A stretch of DNA of 64,000 bases from Alphaproteobacteria bacterium (GTDB taxonomy: Bacteria; Pseudomonadota; Alphaproteobacteria; Bin95), in the NCBI GenBank assembly GCA_965205265.1, contig CBDBGH010000003.1, positions 4,896,001 to 4,960,000 on the forward strand, read 5' to 3'. The notes beneath the pieces are model-generated. The model was given only the letters and a program-made list of their open reading frames with translations, had not been told where the DNA came from and did no database searches. The translations under genes were made by a program, and so were the position numbers. Positions 1-10,480 of the stretch are shown here, one piece after another. Each line of letters starts with the position of its first letter. Position 1 is the stretch's first letter.

Positions 1-909
1 CTCGCTGAGCTGCAGGAGGCGGCAGACACGCTTGTCGCCGACGGGCGGCAGCCTGCCCCAGGATCCGGAGGTGGGCCGGACGGGCCCGTTGCCGAAACGG
101 CCGCGGCAGTGCTGTTTCCGGGCTCGTCGATGGGCGGGGCGCGGCCCAAGGCGGTGGTCACCGACGGGCCAGACTCCTGGATCGCCAAGTTCGGCCGCCA
201 GGACGACCGCTGGAACCAGCCACGGGTCGAACACGGGCTGCTCGCTCTTGCGGGGGCCTGCGGCCTGGACGTCGCTGACAGCCGGATCGAGACCGTAGGT
301 GGCCGCGATGTGCTTCTCGTGCGCCGCTTCGACCGTGAGCGCATCGATGCCGGCTGGCGTCGTCACCGCATGGCCAGCGCGCTGACCCTGCTGCGCAGCG
401 GCGACGGTGTCGCCGACCGGCGGGACTGGTCCTATCTCCTGCTCGCCGATGAAATCCGCCGGACTGCCGCCAGCCCGAAGGACGAACTGCGCGAACTGTT
501 CGGGCGGATGTGTTTCAACGCGGCCGTCTCCAACCTTGACGATCACCCGCGTAACCACGCGATCCTCGCGGAAGGTCGGCAGTGGCGCCTCAGTCCGGCC
601 TTCGACCTGACGCCCTCGCCGGTCGTGCCGCGCGAACGGCGTGACCTCGCCATGACCTGTGGGCACTTCGGGCGCTATGCGAACCGGAGCAACCTGCTGA
701 GTGCCCATGAGCGCTTCCTGCTTGGACGCGACGAGGCGGAAGGGGCGTTGGACAGCATTCTGAACACGGTGCGACGGCAGTGGCTTGCCGGCATGAGATG
801 GGCCGGCGTCAGCGAGCAGGACTGTGAACGGATAGCGCCCGCCTTCATCTATGACGGCCTGTTTCACGACATTGACGACGAACTATCGGGTGATGGCTTC
901 GGCTGGTAG
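1..909 (+). CDS. hipA: HipA-family kinase toxin (5' end outside window)
   Basis: Frame open from base 1; motifs SMGGARPKA, WIAKF, LLVRRFDR, NLDDHPRNH, LSPAFDL. Confidence 0.88.
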   Translation, partial: LAELQEAADTLVADGRQPAPGSGGGPDGPVAETAAAVLFPGSSMGGARPKAVVTDGPDSWIAKFGRQDDRWNQPRVEHGLLALAGACGLDVADSRIETVGGRDVLLVRRFDRERIDAGWRRHRMASALTLLRSGDGVADRRDWSYLLLADEIRRTAASPKDELRELFGRMCFNAAVSNLDDHPRNHAILAEGRQWRLSPAFDLTPSPVVPRERRDLAMTCGHFGRYANRSNLLSAHERFLLGRDEAEGALDSILNTVRRQWLAGMRWAGVSEQDCERIAPAFIYDGLFHDIDDELSGDGFGW

Positions 910-970
910 GCGTTAGGCGGCGCGCGAACCGACTTCGTGCCCGCTCGGAGGAAATCTTCCGAACGCCTCC

Positions 971-990
971 CAGAATTTGTAGCGGCTATC
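971..990. repeat. Orphan copy of the GATAGCCGCTACA element terminus
   Basis: cagaatttgtagcggctatc; last 13 bp identical to the termini at 57359 (inverted) and 60421. Confidence 0.6.
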
Positions 991-1682
991 TACAGGGACG
1001 GCCCGGCCATAGTGTCCCGCTCGACATCGTCTTCGACGGACCGCGGTTCGGCAATCTGCGTGCGGCGCACCTCCGCGCCCTCGAAACGCGCGCCGTCCGC
1101 CTGCCGGGACGTCACACGGCATCCTTCCACGATCCCGTTCTCGAACACCATCCCGTCGAGCCGCGCCGGCGGGGCCGCGGTGAAGTCCGTATCCAGGACA
1201 CTGGCCTCGCGGGCATCCATACCGCTCATCACCGCCCCGGCCGTCCGCAGCCGGGTCATGAACGCTCCACGGACGCTCGCCCCTGCCAGGAACGTGTCCT
1301 CGATGATCGCGCCCTCCAGGCGCGCCCAGGCCAGGTCCGCCTCCTGGGCGTCCGCACCCGTCAGGTCCGCACCGTTCAGGACAGCGCCGCACATCCGCAC
1401 GCCCTTCATCTTGGCCTCGCGGAAACTCGCCCCGGTGCAGTCGCACCCCGAGAAGTCCAGGCCTTCGAGATCCATGTTCGAAAAGTCGCCGCCCCGGAAG
1501 TCCGTCCGGCCTTCCTGCAATGCCGCCGCCAGCTTGTCCCGGCGCAGGGCCTCCGGACTCAAGTCCACACCGCTCAGATTCGCGGAACGAATGAACGCCA
1601 TCGTCTCGCCGTCGAGAACAGTCGGCGGGGTTCTCAGATCCACCCCATCCGGCGGCGAGCCATGCTCCTCAGGCTTTCTCAT
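990..1682 (-). CDS. Pentapeptide repeat protein
   Basis: A(D/N)Lxx repeats (ADLTG, ADLAW, ASFRE); acidic tail ending AGPSL. Confidence 0.85.
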   Translation of the reverse strand: MRKPEEHGSPPDGVDLRTPPTVLDGETMAFIRSANLSGVDLSPEALRRDKLAAALQEGRTDFRGGDFSNMDLEGLDFSGCDCTGASFREAKMKGVRMCGAVLNGADLTGADAQEADLAWARLEGAIIEDTFLAGASVRGAFMTRLRTAGAVMSGMDAREASVLDTDFTAAPPARLDGMVFENGIVEGCRVTSRQADGARFEGAEVRRTQIAEPRSVEDDVERDTMAGPSL

Positions 1683-1750
1683 CGGTAAACCGTCTCCCGG
1701 GTCCGCTTCCCGGGAAGCTTACGCCCGCCCCCTGAAACCGGCAAACGCCG

Positions 1751-2641
1751 CTACCCGCCGCCGGACGCCCAACGGGCCGGCCGGCGCGTAACCAGCAACT
1801 CGTCCACCCCGGCATGATGCGCGTTGCGCATCGTCACCCGGACCGCATGGAACCCGTGCCGGCAGACCAGACCCAGGATCTCGTCAGAAACGTCGTAGGT
1901 CATCAGGAAATCCGCCCTGCGGTCCGCGAGAAGCGCGAACAGCCGGGCATGGTCCACGTCGTTGCAGGCATACAGCCTCCGCCCGGCCCGCTTGCCGCCC
2001 CGGCCCGTATAGGGCGGGTCGACAAACACCGCCATCTCCTCCTCCTGCCGGTCCAGCTTCTCTTCAAGCACCGCCAGCCCGTCCGCCTCGCGGAACTCGA
2101 TGTGCCCTGCCGCCGCGGAGATCGCCTCTATCCGGCGGCACAGCGTCCCGGGATACCAGCGCGAGGCGACGCCCGCCCCGTTTTCGCCCTTCCGGACGAA
2201 GGACGCCCCGGGCGCCACAATGCCGCCCCGGCGCGTGCGGTTGAGCACCAGTGTCCGGAACCCCCGCCCGACAGTGTCGCGGGGCTCGGCCCGCGCCAGG
2301 TCCCGGACCGCCGTCATGCAGGGCTGGAACGCCCGCACGCGCTCACAGAGATCGGGGCCGTGATACAGCGCCGCCTTCCAGAAGGCCGCGATATCCGCAT
2401 CGCGCTCCACCATAAGCGTCCGGGGAGCCAGCCCTTCCATCACCGCGGCGAGCGATACCGTCGCCCCGCCGGCGAAGGGCTCGATCAGCAGCCGGTCCCG
2501 GCCAGCACCGAGCCATGCCCGCGCATGCGGAATGGCCCAGGTCTTGCCGCCCGGATAGCGCAGCGGGCTGCGCTGCGGGACACGGGACACATTCGCCGGC
2601 GGAATGCCGCAGGCCGGAATGATCGCCGCCTTCCCCGTCAC
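1751..2641 (-). CDS. Dam-like (D12 class) DNA adenine methyltransferase
   Basis: SPLRYPGGK, EPFAGG, VFVDPPY. Confidence 0.9.
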   Translation of the reverse strand: MTGKAAIIPACGIPPANVSRVPQRSPLRYPGGKTWAIPHARAWLGAGRDRLLIEPFAGGATVSLAAVMEGLAPRTLMVERDADIAAFWKAALYHGPDLCERVRAFQPCMTAVRDLARAEPRDTVGRGFRTLVLNRTRRGGIVAPGASFVRKGENGAGVASRWYPGTLCRRIEAISAAAGHIEFREADGLAVLEEKLDRQEEEMAVFVDPPYTGRGGKRAGRRLYACNDVDHARLFALLADRRADFLMTYDVSDEILGLVCRHGFHAVRVTMRNAHHAGVDELLVTRRPARWASGGG

Positions 2642-2961
2642 GGCGACGGGAGCGGCTCCTGCGGGCCTGCGACCCTTACACCGCTTGCCATGATCCCCGC
2701 CGCGCGCAGCTTGTCCCTGTCACCCGGCGTCATCAGCGCTCCATCGAGCTTTGAATCCCAACCAAACGGCGTCCGATGACCTGCATCGGCCCCACGAAGA
2801 TCCGCTCCCCTGAAATCCGTCTCCGAAAAGGCCGCATCGCGAAGCACCGCATCGCGCAGGTCGGCGGCACGGAACACCGTTCCGAACAGCCCGGCACCAT
2901 ACATGTTCGCACCGCGCAGGTCGGCACCGTCCAGGCAGGCCCGGTCCAACCCGGCGCAATC
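2638..2961 (-). pseudogene. 3' part of IS-interrupted pentapeptide repeat gene
   Basis: Joins 5358-4878 in frame (741 bp total) once the IS and one duplicated copy are removed; ends EPLPSP. Confidence 0.88.
2898..2961. repeat. 64-bp target-site duplication, left copy (right copy 4878-4941)
   Basis: catacatgttcgc...ccggcgcaatc identical on both sides of the IS. Confidence 0.95.
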
Positions 2962-4877
2962 CCTGACTTCGACGGTTGATTCGCATAAGTAGTTGATATT
3001 GCCTGGTTCTCATTTCGGCTAGGCACTACATCCGGCATTTCTTCGAGCCGTGCTTCGTCGACGGTCAGGCGAGTTGATACGGGGTGATCGTCAGGGGCAG
3101 CCCCATGGTTGCGTAAATCTGCTCCGCCGCCGGTGTCGGCTTCGAGGGGATGACGTAGCGGTTGCCCGATTGCCGACAGCGCAGCAGGGAGCACTGGCGG
3201 TGGACGAGGGCGGAGCGGATGACCTCCGGGGACATCCGCCGCTTCTGGATGGCGACGCGGTACGCAAGGTGTCGAACGCAGGCGAAGGCCAGGAAGGCGA
3301 TGGCGATGTGAGCGCGGATCCGGTCCGGGTTCCAGTGCCAGATGGGACGTATCTTCAGGTCGTGTTTGGTGATCCGGAAGCTCTCCTCGACCTGCCAGAG
3401 CCCCTGGTAGTGAGCCATCACTTCGGTGACGCGCGCGTCGCGCAGATTGGTGATGACGCCGGTGAGCCCGTCCCATCGTGCGGCCTCGGCGATCTTCTCC
3501 GGGTTCACCGTGAGCCGTGCGTCGCCCTCGACGGCGATGAAGCGCTTCGCCCCGTGATTGGAGAGCAGTTCCCTGGGATTGTCGCTGCGGGCCAGCCTGT
3601 CGAGCAGGCGTTCCACCTGATGGCGGCGCTCGTGCGCGTCCTTGCGTGCGCGCTGGGGGCAGAAGACGACGATCAGGCGACGGCCCTTGTACTCCCACTC
3701 GCCGACCCGGCGGTCCTGTGAGCCCTCCAGCGGGGCATAGGTCCCGGGGTCGAGAACCTGCCCCAGCAGCGCGAGCGGCAGCTTGCGCAGCCGCGCGCCG
3801 ACGACATACTCGCCGCCGATGGCGTCCATGGCGTCGAGGTTGTCGGCGCTCAGCATGCCCCGGTCGGCCACGCATACCGTGCGCTCCACCTGGTGGCGGC
3901 GCTGCATGTCCTGCAGGACCGGGACCATGCTGTGTCCCTCGTAGGTGGCGCCGGGGAAGACCTCGTAGCTGATCGGCAGCCCTTCGCGCGTCACCATCAG
4001 CGCCAGCAGAACCTGCGAGTCCTTGTGTTTGCCGTCCTTGCTGAAGCCGTGCTGGCGAAGCTCGTCCTCGGCGGCCGTCTCGAAGTAGAGCGTGGTGCAA
4101 TCGAAGAAGAGGATCGCGACCGGCTCCGGCAGCAGCGACCGGCTCGCCTCGCCGACGCGCGTGCGCAGTCGCTCGATCACCGTCGCGTCGAGCTGATCCA
4201 TCATCCGGTAGACCTTCTCGAGCGGAAGACTCACGCCGAAGTCCTCCTCGAGCCGGCGCACGCTGCCCCGCTTGCTGTCGGGGTTGGCTACCCGCGCCAT
4301 CACCACATGGAACAGCGCGTCATGGGAGGCCCGGTAGCGCGAGCGCGGCAGCAGCGCGTCGAGGCCCAGCAGCCGGTAGATCTCGCCATAGACCTCGTGG
4401 ATGCCTGTGATCAGGCGCTGCTCCTCTTCAAGCTGCTTGAGGTCGACCGGGAGTTCCTCCTTGCCGTCCCCCCGGCGGCCGACACGGATCGCCTGCTCAG
4501 CGATCTTCTCGGGCGCAAACAATGCCGGCTGACGCTCGTCCTCCAGCTTCGCCTTGACGTACTCGCCGAGCTGCCTCAGGCGCTCGAGCTCGTCCTCGTC
4601 CATGGCCACGCCGACATGGCGGACGATGCGCTGTCGGACCTTGCCGCCGTCGCGCACGGCCTCGACGATCTGGACCGAGCGTCGCGGGCTGTTGGGGGAG
4701 GTCTTGATGCGCACGAACATGGGGGGAGTGTAGCGCGTGGCGGAGGCATTGACAGTCTCAAAGATTTACTAGGCACTACAACGCAGCTTGACCGCACCGC
4801 AACTGCCAACTCATTGGCTTTACTGAAAACTCCAGACGCGAGATCGGTCAGAAGTCAGCCCAACCGTCGAAGTCAGG
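2962..4877 (-). mobile_element. IS1634-family IS, copy 1 (1916 bp)
   Basis: Perfect 17-bp TIR cctgacttcgacggttg / caaccgtcgaagtcagg; same length and transposase as copy at 60424. Confidence 0.95.
3065..4720 (-). CDS. IS1634-family DDE transposase
   Basis: FFDCTTLYFE, GFSKDGK, VADRG, LWQVEESFRITKHDL, IRAHIAIAFLA. Confidence 0.93.
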   Translation of the reverse strand: MFVRIKTSPNSPRRSVQIVEAVRDGGKVRQRIVRHVGVAMDEDELERLRQLGEYVKAKLEDERQPALFAPEKIAEQAIRVGRRGDGKEELPVDLKQLEEEQRLITGIHEVYGEIYRLLGLDALLPRSRYRASHDALFHVVMARVANPDSKRGSVRRLEEDFGVSLPLEKVYRMMDQLDATVIERLRTRVGEASRSLLPEPVAILFFDCTTLYFETAAEDELRQHGFSKDGKHKDSQVLLALMVTREGLPISYEVFPGATYEGHSMVPVLQDMQRRHQVERTVCVADRGMLSADNLDAMDAIGGEYVVGARLRKLPLALLGQVLDPGTYAPLEGSQDRRVGEWEYKGRRLIVVFCPQRARKDAHERRHQVERLLDRLARSDNPRELLSNHGAKRFIAVEGDARLTVNPEKIAEAARWDGLTGVITNLRDARVTEVMAHYQGLWQVEESFRITKHDLKIRPIWHWNPDRIRAHIAIAFLAFACVRHLAYRVAIQKRRMSPEVIRSALVHRQCSLLRCRQSGNRYVIPSKPTPAAEQIYATMGLPLTITPYQLA

Positions 4878-5358
4878 CATACATGTTCGCACCGCGCAGG
4901 TCGGCACCGTCCAGGCAGGCCCGGTCCAACCCGGCGCAATCCAGACCGCAATCCACGAGCCCTGCATCCATGAGCCACGCACCCGAGAAGTCGCAACCGG
5001 CCGCGTCCATGTTCTCCAGGCTGGCTCCCGCCAGATTGGCCCCGGCGAATTTGGCTTCCTTCGCTTCGGCGCCGCTGAAATCCGCGGCCGCCAGACGGGC
5101 TCGCGTGAAATCGGCCCCGGCCAGGCGGGCCTGCGCGAAACAACATCCACCGGCCAGAACCGCTTCGAACCGGCAGCCCGTCAGATCGGACCTCAGGAAA
5201 GAGCACACGGCAAGATGCGATCCTGAAAAGTCCGACCCGGGCAGACGAACATCCGACAGGTCCATTCCTGACAGATCCAGATTCCGGAAATCACGTTCCC
5301 CCTGCGCATGACGCAGACAAAGCTCCTGAAGCGGGACACGCTCCCGCGCGGACATCAC
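4878..5358 (-). pseudogene. 5' part of IS-interrupted pentapeptide repeat gene
   Basis: GERDFRNLDLSG followed by pentapeptide repeats; runs into the IS end. Confidence 0.88.
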
Positions 5359-5673
5359 CGGGACACCTCATTCTTCCCGAAGCGCCGAAGGGCGTGGAAG
5401 CAGGTCAGAGTCCCAACCATGCCGGGGTTCCTTCGGACCGATCCCCTCACCATCCCACTGTTCCCTGAAAACTCCAATCCTCCCGGTTCCCACCGTGCCC
5501 CCGAGGGCCGCTGCGTAGAAGGCCCTCCCGTCCTGAACACCTGAACAATGTCTCCTGCCGGAACCGCAGTCCCCAAGGCAGGACCCCAACCCGGTCGCTC
5601 CCATCATCGCGGCGCCTGACCGGCGCGCCGGCCGCCGGAGTCCGGCGTCGACGCACTCATGAGCCCCACCCAT

Positions 5674-7173
5674 TCACCAGTAGCTTGCCTGCCGGCCATC
5701 GTTCCAGACGCGAAGAATGACCGTGTTCACGTTGGTGCCGACTTCGGAAAACGAACCCTGCGGAAGGTCACGCCACGACGCCTTGCGCGTCGCCATATGG
5801 TCCCGAAATCCCCTGGCCTTTTTCGTGGAACGCCATTCCGTCCCGGCGGACATGACCGCCACAAGCAGGCCATCCGGCTTCAGGAACCGCATCGCGTGCA
5901 TCACATGGTCGATATCCCGTTCGCGGTCGAACGGCGGATTCATGATGATCCTGTCATAGACCGGGCTGGGCGGCAGCGCGAGGAAATCTGCCGCAATCAC
6001 CCGCCGGTAACGCCCGCTGGCCTCGAGCGCCGCGGCAAGGTGGGGCTGGATCTCCACACAATCCACCACGCCGCCCTGCTCGACCGCCGGCAGGGCCAGG
6101 TTGCCTTCGCCCGCGCTCGGCTCCAGCACCCGCAGCGGCCCGGCCTCGTCCCGGCCACGGTAAAAGGCGGCAGCCCGCATCACCTCGGCCGCGACCGCCG
6201 GCGGGGTGGGGAAGTGGCCGAAAAACCGGGCCGGGGCCGTCTTGGCCCGGGACAGGCCACCCTCGTCGCCTTGGTCCCCGTCGTCCGCGAGCACCTCTCC
6301 GTAATACTCCGCAAGCAGCAGGTTCGCCTTGCGCACCAGATCGTCGCGGCGGAACCAGAGATGCAGGTTCCCATTCTTGTACACCCTGACGCGGAAATAC
6401 TCGGTTTCGATCACCGACTGGAATGCCGACAACCGCGGGCCGCGTGAGCGCACATCGTCGATCTGCGCGATGATCCCCGCATAATGCGGCGGCTGCGTCC
6501 GCCCGTCCAACAGGAAGAAGACCCGCTCGACGTCCAAGACGGTGTCCTTGTGATTGGAACTGAATGACCAATGCCCCCAGTCGTCGAAGGCCCTGTCGAC
6601 AATCACCCGGCTGCCGATCTTCCATCCCGTGTGCGACCGGAATCGCCGGTCAAGCCGTGAGAAGCAGTTCGCAAGACCCCGCTTCCAGATTGTGTCCGCC
6701 TCGGCAACGAAGCGTTCAAGGGTCGCATAGACGTTCTCGACCGTGACTTCGGGCGGATCCTCGACGAGGGCGGCGCGCAGCTTGTCCTTTTCCTCCTTGT
6801 CCATGACCGTCTCGAGCTCGGTCAGTTCGACAATCTGCGCCCACACGCCAGTGTCCGTAAGGCGCCGGGCCGCGGCCAGAAACGCTTCGCGCTCGGCAAC
6901 GTCCAGATTGCACAGGAAGTTGCGCTCCCGCCGATCCCCATGCGTGTGGAAATTGTAGGAATTGACGCGCATCGAGGCCGCAGCGCCCGCCGCGCGGGCG
7001 TCGCCGATCGCCGTCTGCGCGGCGGTGAGCGCGTCATGGGCGATTTCGTATTTGCGCAGCGCCTCGTCACGCAAAGCCACCATCCGCTCGATGGTATTCC
7101 ACGGAATCAGCGCCGTCGGCCCGGCCGGCCGTTCGTCCGCCCCCTGGAGAACGATAACGGTATCGTCAGGCAT
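5674..7173 (-). CDS. DUF4942-like N-terminus fused to N6-adenine DNA methyltransferase
   Basis: FPTP, VLEPSAGEG, IIMNPPF; YKNGNLHLWF upstream domain. Confidence 0.82.
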   Translation of the reverse strand: MPDDTVIVLQGADERPAGPTALIPWNTIERMVALRDEALRKYEIAHDALTAAQTAIGDARAAGAAASMRVNSYNFHTHGDRRERNFLCNLDVAEREAFLAAARRLTDTGVWAQIVELTELETVMDKEEKDKLRAALVEDPPEVTVENVYATLERFVAEADTIWKRGLANCFSRLDRRFRSHTGWKIGSRVIVDRAFDDWGHWSFSSNHKDTVLDVERVFFLLDGRTQPPHYAGIIAQIDDVRSRGPRLSAFQSVIETEYFRVRVYKNGNLHLWFRRDDLVRKANLLLAEYYGEVLADDGDQGDEGGLSRAKTAPARFFGHFPTPPAVAAEVMRAAAFYRGRDEAGPLRVLEPSAGEGNLALPAVEQGGVVDCVEIQPHLAAALEASGRYRRVIAADFLALPPSPVYDRIIMNPPFDRERDIDHVMHAMRFLKPDGLLVAVMSAGTEWRSTKKARGFRDHMATRKASWRDLPQGSFSEVGTNVNTVILRVWNDGRQASYW

Positions 7174-7407
7174 TCCCCTGCCTCCCTCTATCCGGATGGA
7201 CGGGATTCGCTCGGAAGGGAGCCACCCGCACCCGTATCAGGCCGATCCACCCGGCCCTCCTGCATGTCCCCGCCGCTTCCCGGGATCGGCGGCCCTAGCT
7301 CGCAAACGCCGGGTGCAGCAACACCAGCGCTGCCGTCAAAACTCCCGCGAGGGCAATGCCGGCCGCTACCGGCATCCACAGGGAAGTTCCCGCGGGCATT
7401 TTCCCCT

Positions 7408-7929
7408 TCACCGACACAAGGACCGCTCCCCGGGCCTCAGGTCGATCAACAGCCTGGTATTCAGGATCCCCAGTTCCCGGTTTTCGTCCGTGTCCCCGAG
7501 TATCAGGTCGCCGTCCGTCACGGCGTCCAGATAGCGAAAGACGATGAGAGCCATGAATTCGCCCCACGGCATTTCCGACGGGCGCTCGACCTCAAGCCGG
7601 ACGCCGCCATCGCCCTCCTCGAAGAACCCGGCGCGGCAGAAAGGCCTGCCGTCGAGTTCGAAGCGGTTGCAGAACAGCGCCCCGACCATCCGCGCCTCTC
7701 GCTCCGTATAGCCTTCCGGCGGAACGGGGGGCGGCGGTAATTTCGCGCGGACCGCCCTGGCCTGCCGGCCCCGGCCGGCTTCCAGGAAGCTCTCGATCAT
7801 CATGAACAACGCGAACGGAGCCCATGCCTTGGCATCGGCCTCGGTCGGCGCGAGATACGGCCCGAGACGGACATCCTCCCTGCCGATTCCATCGATAACC
7901 GTCATGTCCCCTTTCCCTTTCCGACCCAT
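7408..7929 (-). CDS. Hypothetical protein
   Basis: Protein-like composition, co-oriented in minus-strand run. Confidence 0.55.
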   Translation of the reverse strand: MGRKGKGDMTVIDGIGREDVRLGPYLAPTEADAKAWAPFALFMMIESFLEAGRGRQARAVRAKLPPPPVPPEGYTEREARMVGALFCNRFELDGRPFCRAGFFEEGDGGVRLEVERPSEMPWGEFMALIVFRYLDAVTDGDLILGDTDENRELGILNTRLLIDLRPGERSLCR

Positions 7930-7935
7930 TGGCGG

Positions 7936-8592
7936 CTACAGCGGCGCGAACAGGATGCCGCGCAGCTTGCGCCGCCAATGCACCCGGCCGGGCCTCGCGA
8001 GACCGGCGATGCACGGACCGCATTCCAGGGCGATACCCATTCCCTGCGCCGTGCGGTCCGTTACCGCAAGGCTGCCGGCAGAGCCGCAAAGCGGGCAGTC
8101 GGCCACCAGTTGCGTATCCGAGTTCCGGCGAGGCGCGAAAGGCCGGAGGGCTTCCACCCACAGTCCGAATTCCAGGTTCCATTGCGGCCGCTGACAGGGA
8201 CCCCCGTTCCTCGTTCCCGGAGGGAACAGGCGCCGCCGCCCATCCAGCTCGCGGGACTTCCACCCGAGGGCCTTCAACACGGCCACGATACCGCGCAGGC
8301 CGACCGTTTCCCCGCTGTCGGTGCGGAAGCGGACATCGGAGATGGCGAATGTGCCGTTGGACCGCCAGGTCGCGAGCACCTCGAGAAGCAAATCGCGCAC
8401 CCGAAACGTCACCGGCCGGTCCGGACGTTCCCGGAGTTTCCGGAACGTCTCCAGTTCCGCGACGGTCATGCCGCGGCCCAGGCGGGCCACGATGTTCCCG
8501 GTCGCCGTCTCGAAATCGCCCGGTCCGGCCGCATGGGCGCGAATGAGCGCGCCGACATCCGCGTCGACCGCGTCTTCCGACGGATGATCCAT
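7936..8592 (-). CDS. Hypothetical protein with C-terminal CxxC..CxxC zinc ribbon
   Basis: CPLC...CGPC. Confidence 0.6.
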   Translation of the reverse strand: MDHPSEDAVDADVGALIRAHAAGPGDFETATGNIVARLGRGMTVAELETFRKLRERPDRPVTFRVRDLLLEVLATWRSNGTFAISDVRFRTDSGETVGLRGIVAVLKALGWKSRELDGRRRLFPPGTRNGGPCQRPQWNLEFGLWVEALRPFAPRRNSDTQLVADCPLCGSAGSLAVTDRTAQGMGIALECGPCIAGLARPGRVHWRRKLRGILFAPL

Positions 8593-8808
8593 CTGTCGCC
8601 CCGCGTCACTCGTCTCCCGCCGCCGCCCGGGAGGGAGGCCCGCATCGCCCCGGACACGCTCATCGAAAGGGGGGAAGGGCCAGGAACCGCCTCAGGGCGC
8701 CGCCGCTCGCCCGGTGTTAGCGACGGTTAGGAAGGGCGTTTATTTGCTGGCGCGGAACGGCCGGTTTGTGCGGCTTGCGAGCAGCGTCGCATGGGTTAGG
8801 TGTTGCGT

Positions 8809-9702
8809 TCATCTGATTGGGCGGTCATCGGTTTCGAGCGGCTCGCCGTCGCGGTCACGGATGAGCATGTCGTTCCAGTCCTGGTTTTCGAGGGCCGGTC
8901 GCATTCGGACGATTCTTGTGTCGTTGTCTTGCATGCGGCGGGCGGCGTGATCGCCGTATCGTGTAGCGTCCCAGGCACAGAAGATACGGCGCGGGTTCCA
9001 GGCCTCGACCCATTTGGGGATTCTGGCCGTGATGGCGCCGGTGGAGACGACGGCGCATTTGCTGCGTTTTTCCGGGACGAGGTGGAGGGAGAGGATCGAC
9101 AGGGCGTCGAGGGCGCTGCCGGTGAGGATGACGGTGCCGGGCCAGTCGGGCTCCCATGACATCCAGAAGCCGCCGTCTGCGGCCGGCTCCTGCGCTGCGG
9201 GGAGGGTCTCTATGCCGACCACCTTGCTGGCGGCGTTTCGGCGGAGGAACACGGGATTGCCGCGCCGGTCGGCACGGATCAGGCCGAGGCCTCGGCATAG
9301 CTCGACGAGCGCGTCGGCGAGGCCGCGCTGCTCGATGAGGTATTGCCGCAGCGCCGGCCAGCGAGGGTCCTGGCACGAGGGCTCCGCCTCACAGCGACTG
9401 TTCGGGAGCCGTGAGTGGCGCGGCAGTTGGGCGAGGAAGTCGAGGGCTTCGGTCGTTGGGCATCCGAGCGCATGAACCGCCAGCTGGATGGCCCCGGCGC
9501 CTCCCTCTCCGCGCAGATGGTCGTAGAACATGAAGCGGTTGATGGAGAGGACCGAACCGGCTCGTCTCCAGCGCGCGGCATCGGCGGGATCGCGGCGATA
9601 GCCGAGGGCGTGGACCACGTCTTCGAGGGGGCAGCTTCGCAGCCCCTCGGCCCGCAGGCGGCGATCCCATGGATGCAGATGCTGCACGGCTGGCTCAGGC
9701 AT
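8809..9702 (-). CDS. DUF3991/Toprim-like primase-related protein
   Basis: Start MPEPAV overlaps istB stop; [39 protein letters not shown]. Confidence 0.7.
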   Translation of the reverse strand: MPEPAVQHLHPWDRRLRAEGLRSCPLEDVVHALGYRRDPADAARWRRAGSVLSINRFMFYDHLRGEGGAGAIQLAVHALGCPTTEALDFLAQLPRHSRLPNSRCEAEPSCQDPRWPALRQYLIEQRGLADALVELCRGLGLIRADRRGNPVFLRRNAASKVVGIETLPAAQEPAADGGFWMSWEPDWPGTVILTGSALDALSILSLHLVPEKRSKCAVVSTGAITARIPKWVEAWNPRRIFCAWDATRYGDHAARRMQDNDTRIVRMRPALENQDWNDMLIRDRDGEPLETDDRPIR

Positions 9703-10480
9703 CCCCCGTGTCTTGCGCCGTGCTCTTGCCCGCTCCTTTTGCCGATCGCCGCCGGCGGCGATCGGCGCTGCGCTGCTTCTGGCGTTCCTCGGCCTCCTTG
9801 CGGCGGTATGAGTCGCCGTCGATGGCGAGGATCTCGGCATTGTGGACGAGCCGGTCGACAAGGGCCACGAGGCAGGCGGCGTTGGGGAAGGCCTCGCTCC
9901 ACTCGGCGAAGGGGCGGTTTGTGGTGATGATGGTGGAGCGCTGCTGGCTGCGGCTTGAGACGATATTGAACAGCAGGTCGGCATGACGGTTGGAGTAGGA
10001 GAGATATCCGACTTCGTCGATGACCAGGAGGTGCTGGCGGGCGTAGAAGCGCAGCCTGCGCTGGAGCATTGTGTCGGAGTCGATGGCGGCGAGCTCGCCG
10101 AGCAGGCTGGCGGCGGTTGCGAAGCGCACGGTGTGGCCTTCGAGGACGGCGCGGTGTGCGATATTGGCGGCGATTGTGGACTTGCCGACGCCGTTGGGGC
10201 CGATGAGGACGACATTGGCGCCCTCGCGGAGGAAGTTGAGGGTCATGAGGTCCTCGACGGCCATGCGGTCGCATCGCCTTGGCCAGTCCCAGTCGAAGTC
10301 GGCGAGCGGCTTGAACTGTCCGAGGCGGGCGGCGGTGAGGCGTCGCCTGAGGCTTCGGCTTCGCCTCTCTTCCTCTTCCCATGCGATCAGGGGCGGGAGC
10401 CAGTCGCGCTCCGCAACCTCGCTCCAGTGGGCGAGGAGGCCGTGCAGTCCGAGCGCCGTGGCGCGGTCCTTGAGGGTCAT
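9695..10480 (-). CDS. istB: IS21 helper ATPase
   Basis: [37 protein letters not shown]. Confidence 0.95.
   Translation of the reverse strand: MTLKDRATALGLHGLLAHWSEVAERDWLPPLIAWEEEERRSRSLRRRLTAARLGQFKPLADFDWDWPRRCDRMAVEDLMTLNFLREGANVVLIGPNGVGKSTIAANIAHRAVLEGHTVRFATAASLLGELAAIDSDTMLQRRLRFYARQHLLVIDEVGYLSYSNRHADLLFNIVSSRSQQRSTIITTNRPFAEWSEAFPNAACLVALVDRLVHNAEILAIDGDSYRRKEAEERQKQRSADRRRRRSAKGAGKSTAQDTGDA

Noticed and set aside
912-918. GTTAGGC as an integron attC core
   Set aside because: No matching inverse core and no integrase
5355-5673. Small ORFs between the pentapeptide and DUF4942 genes
   Set aside because: Three overlapping frames, none distinguishable as the real gene
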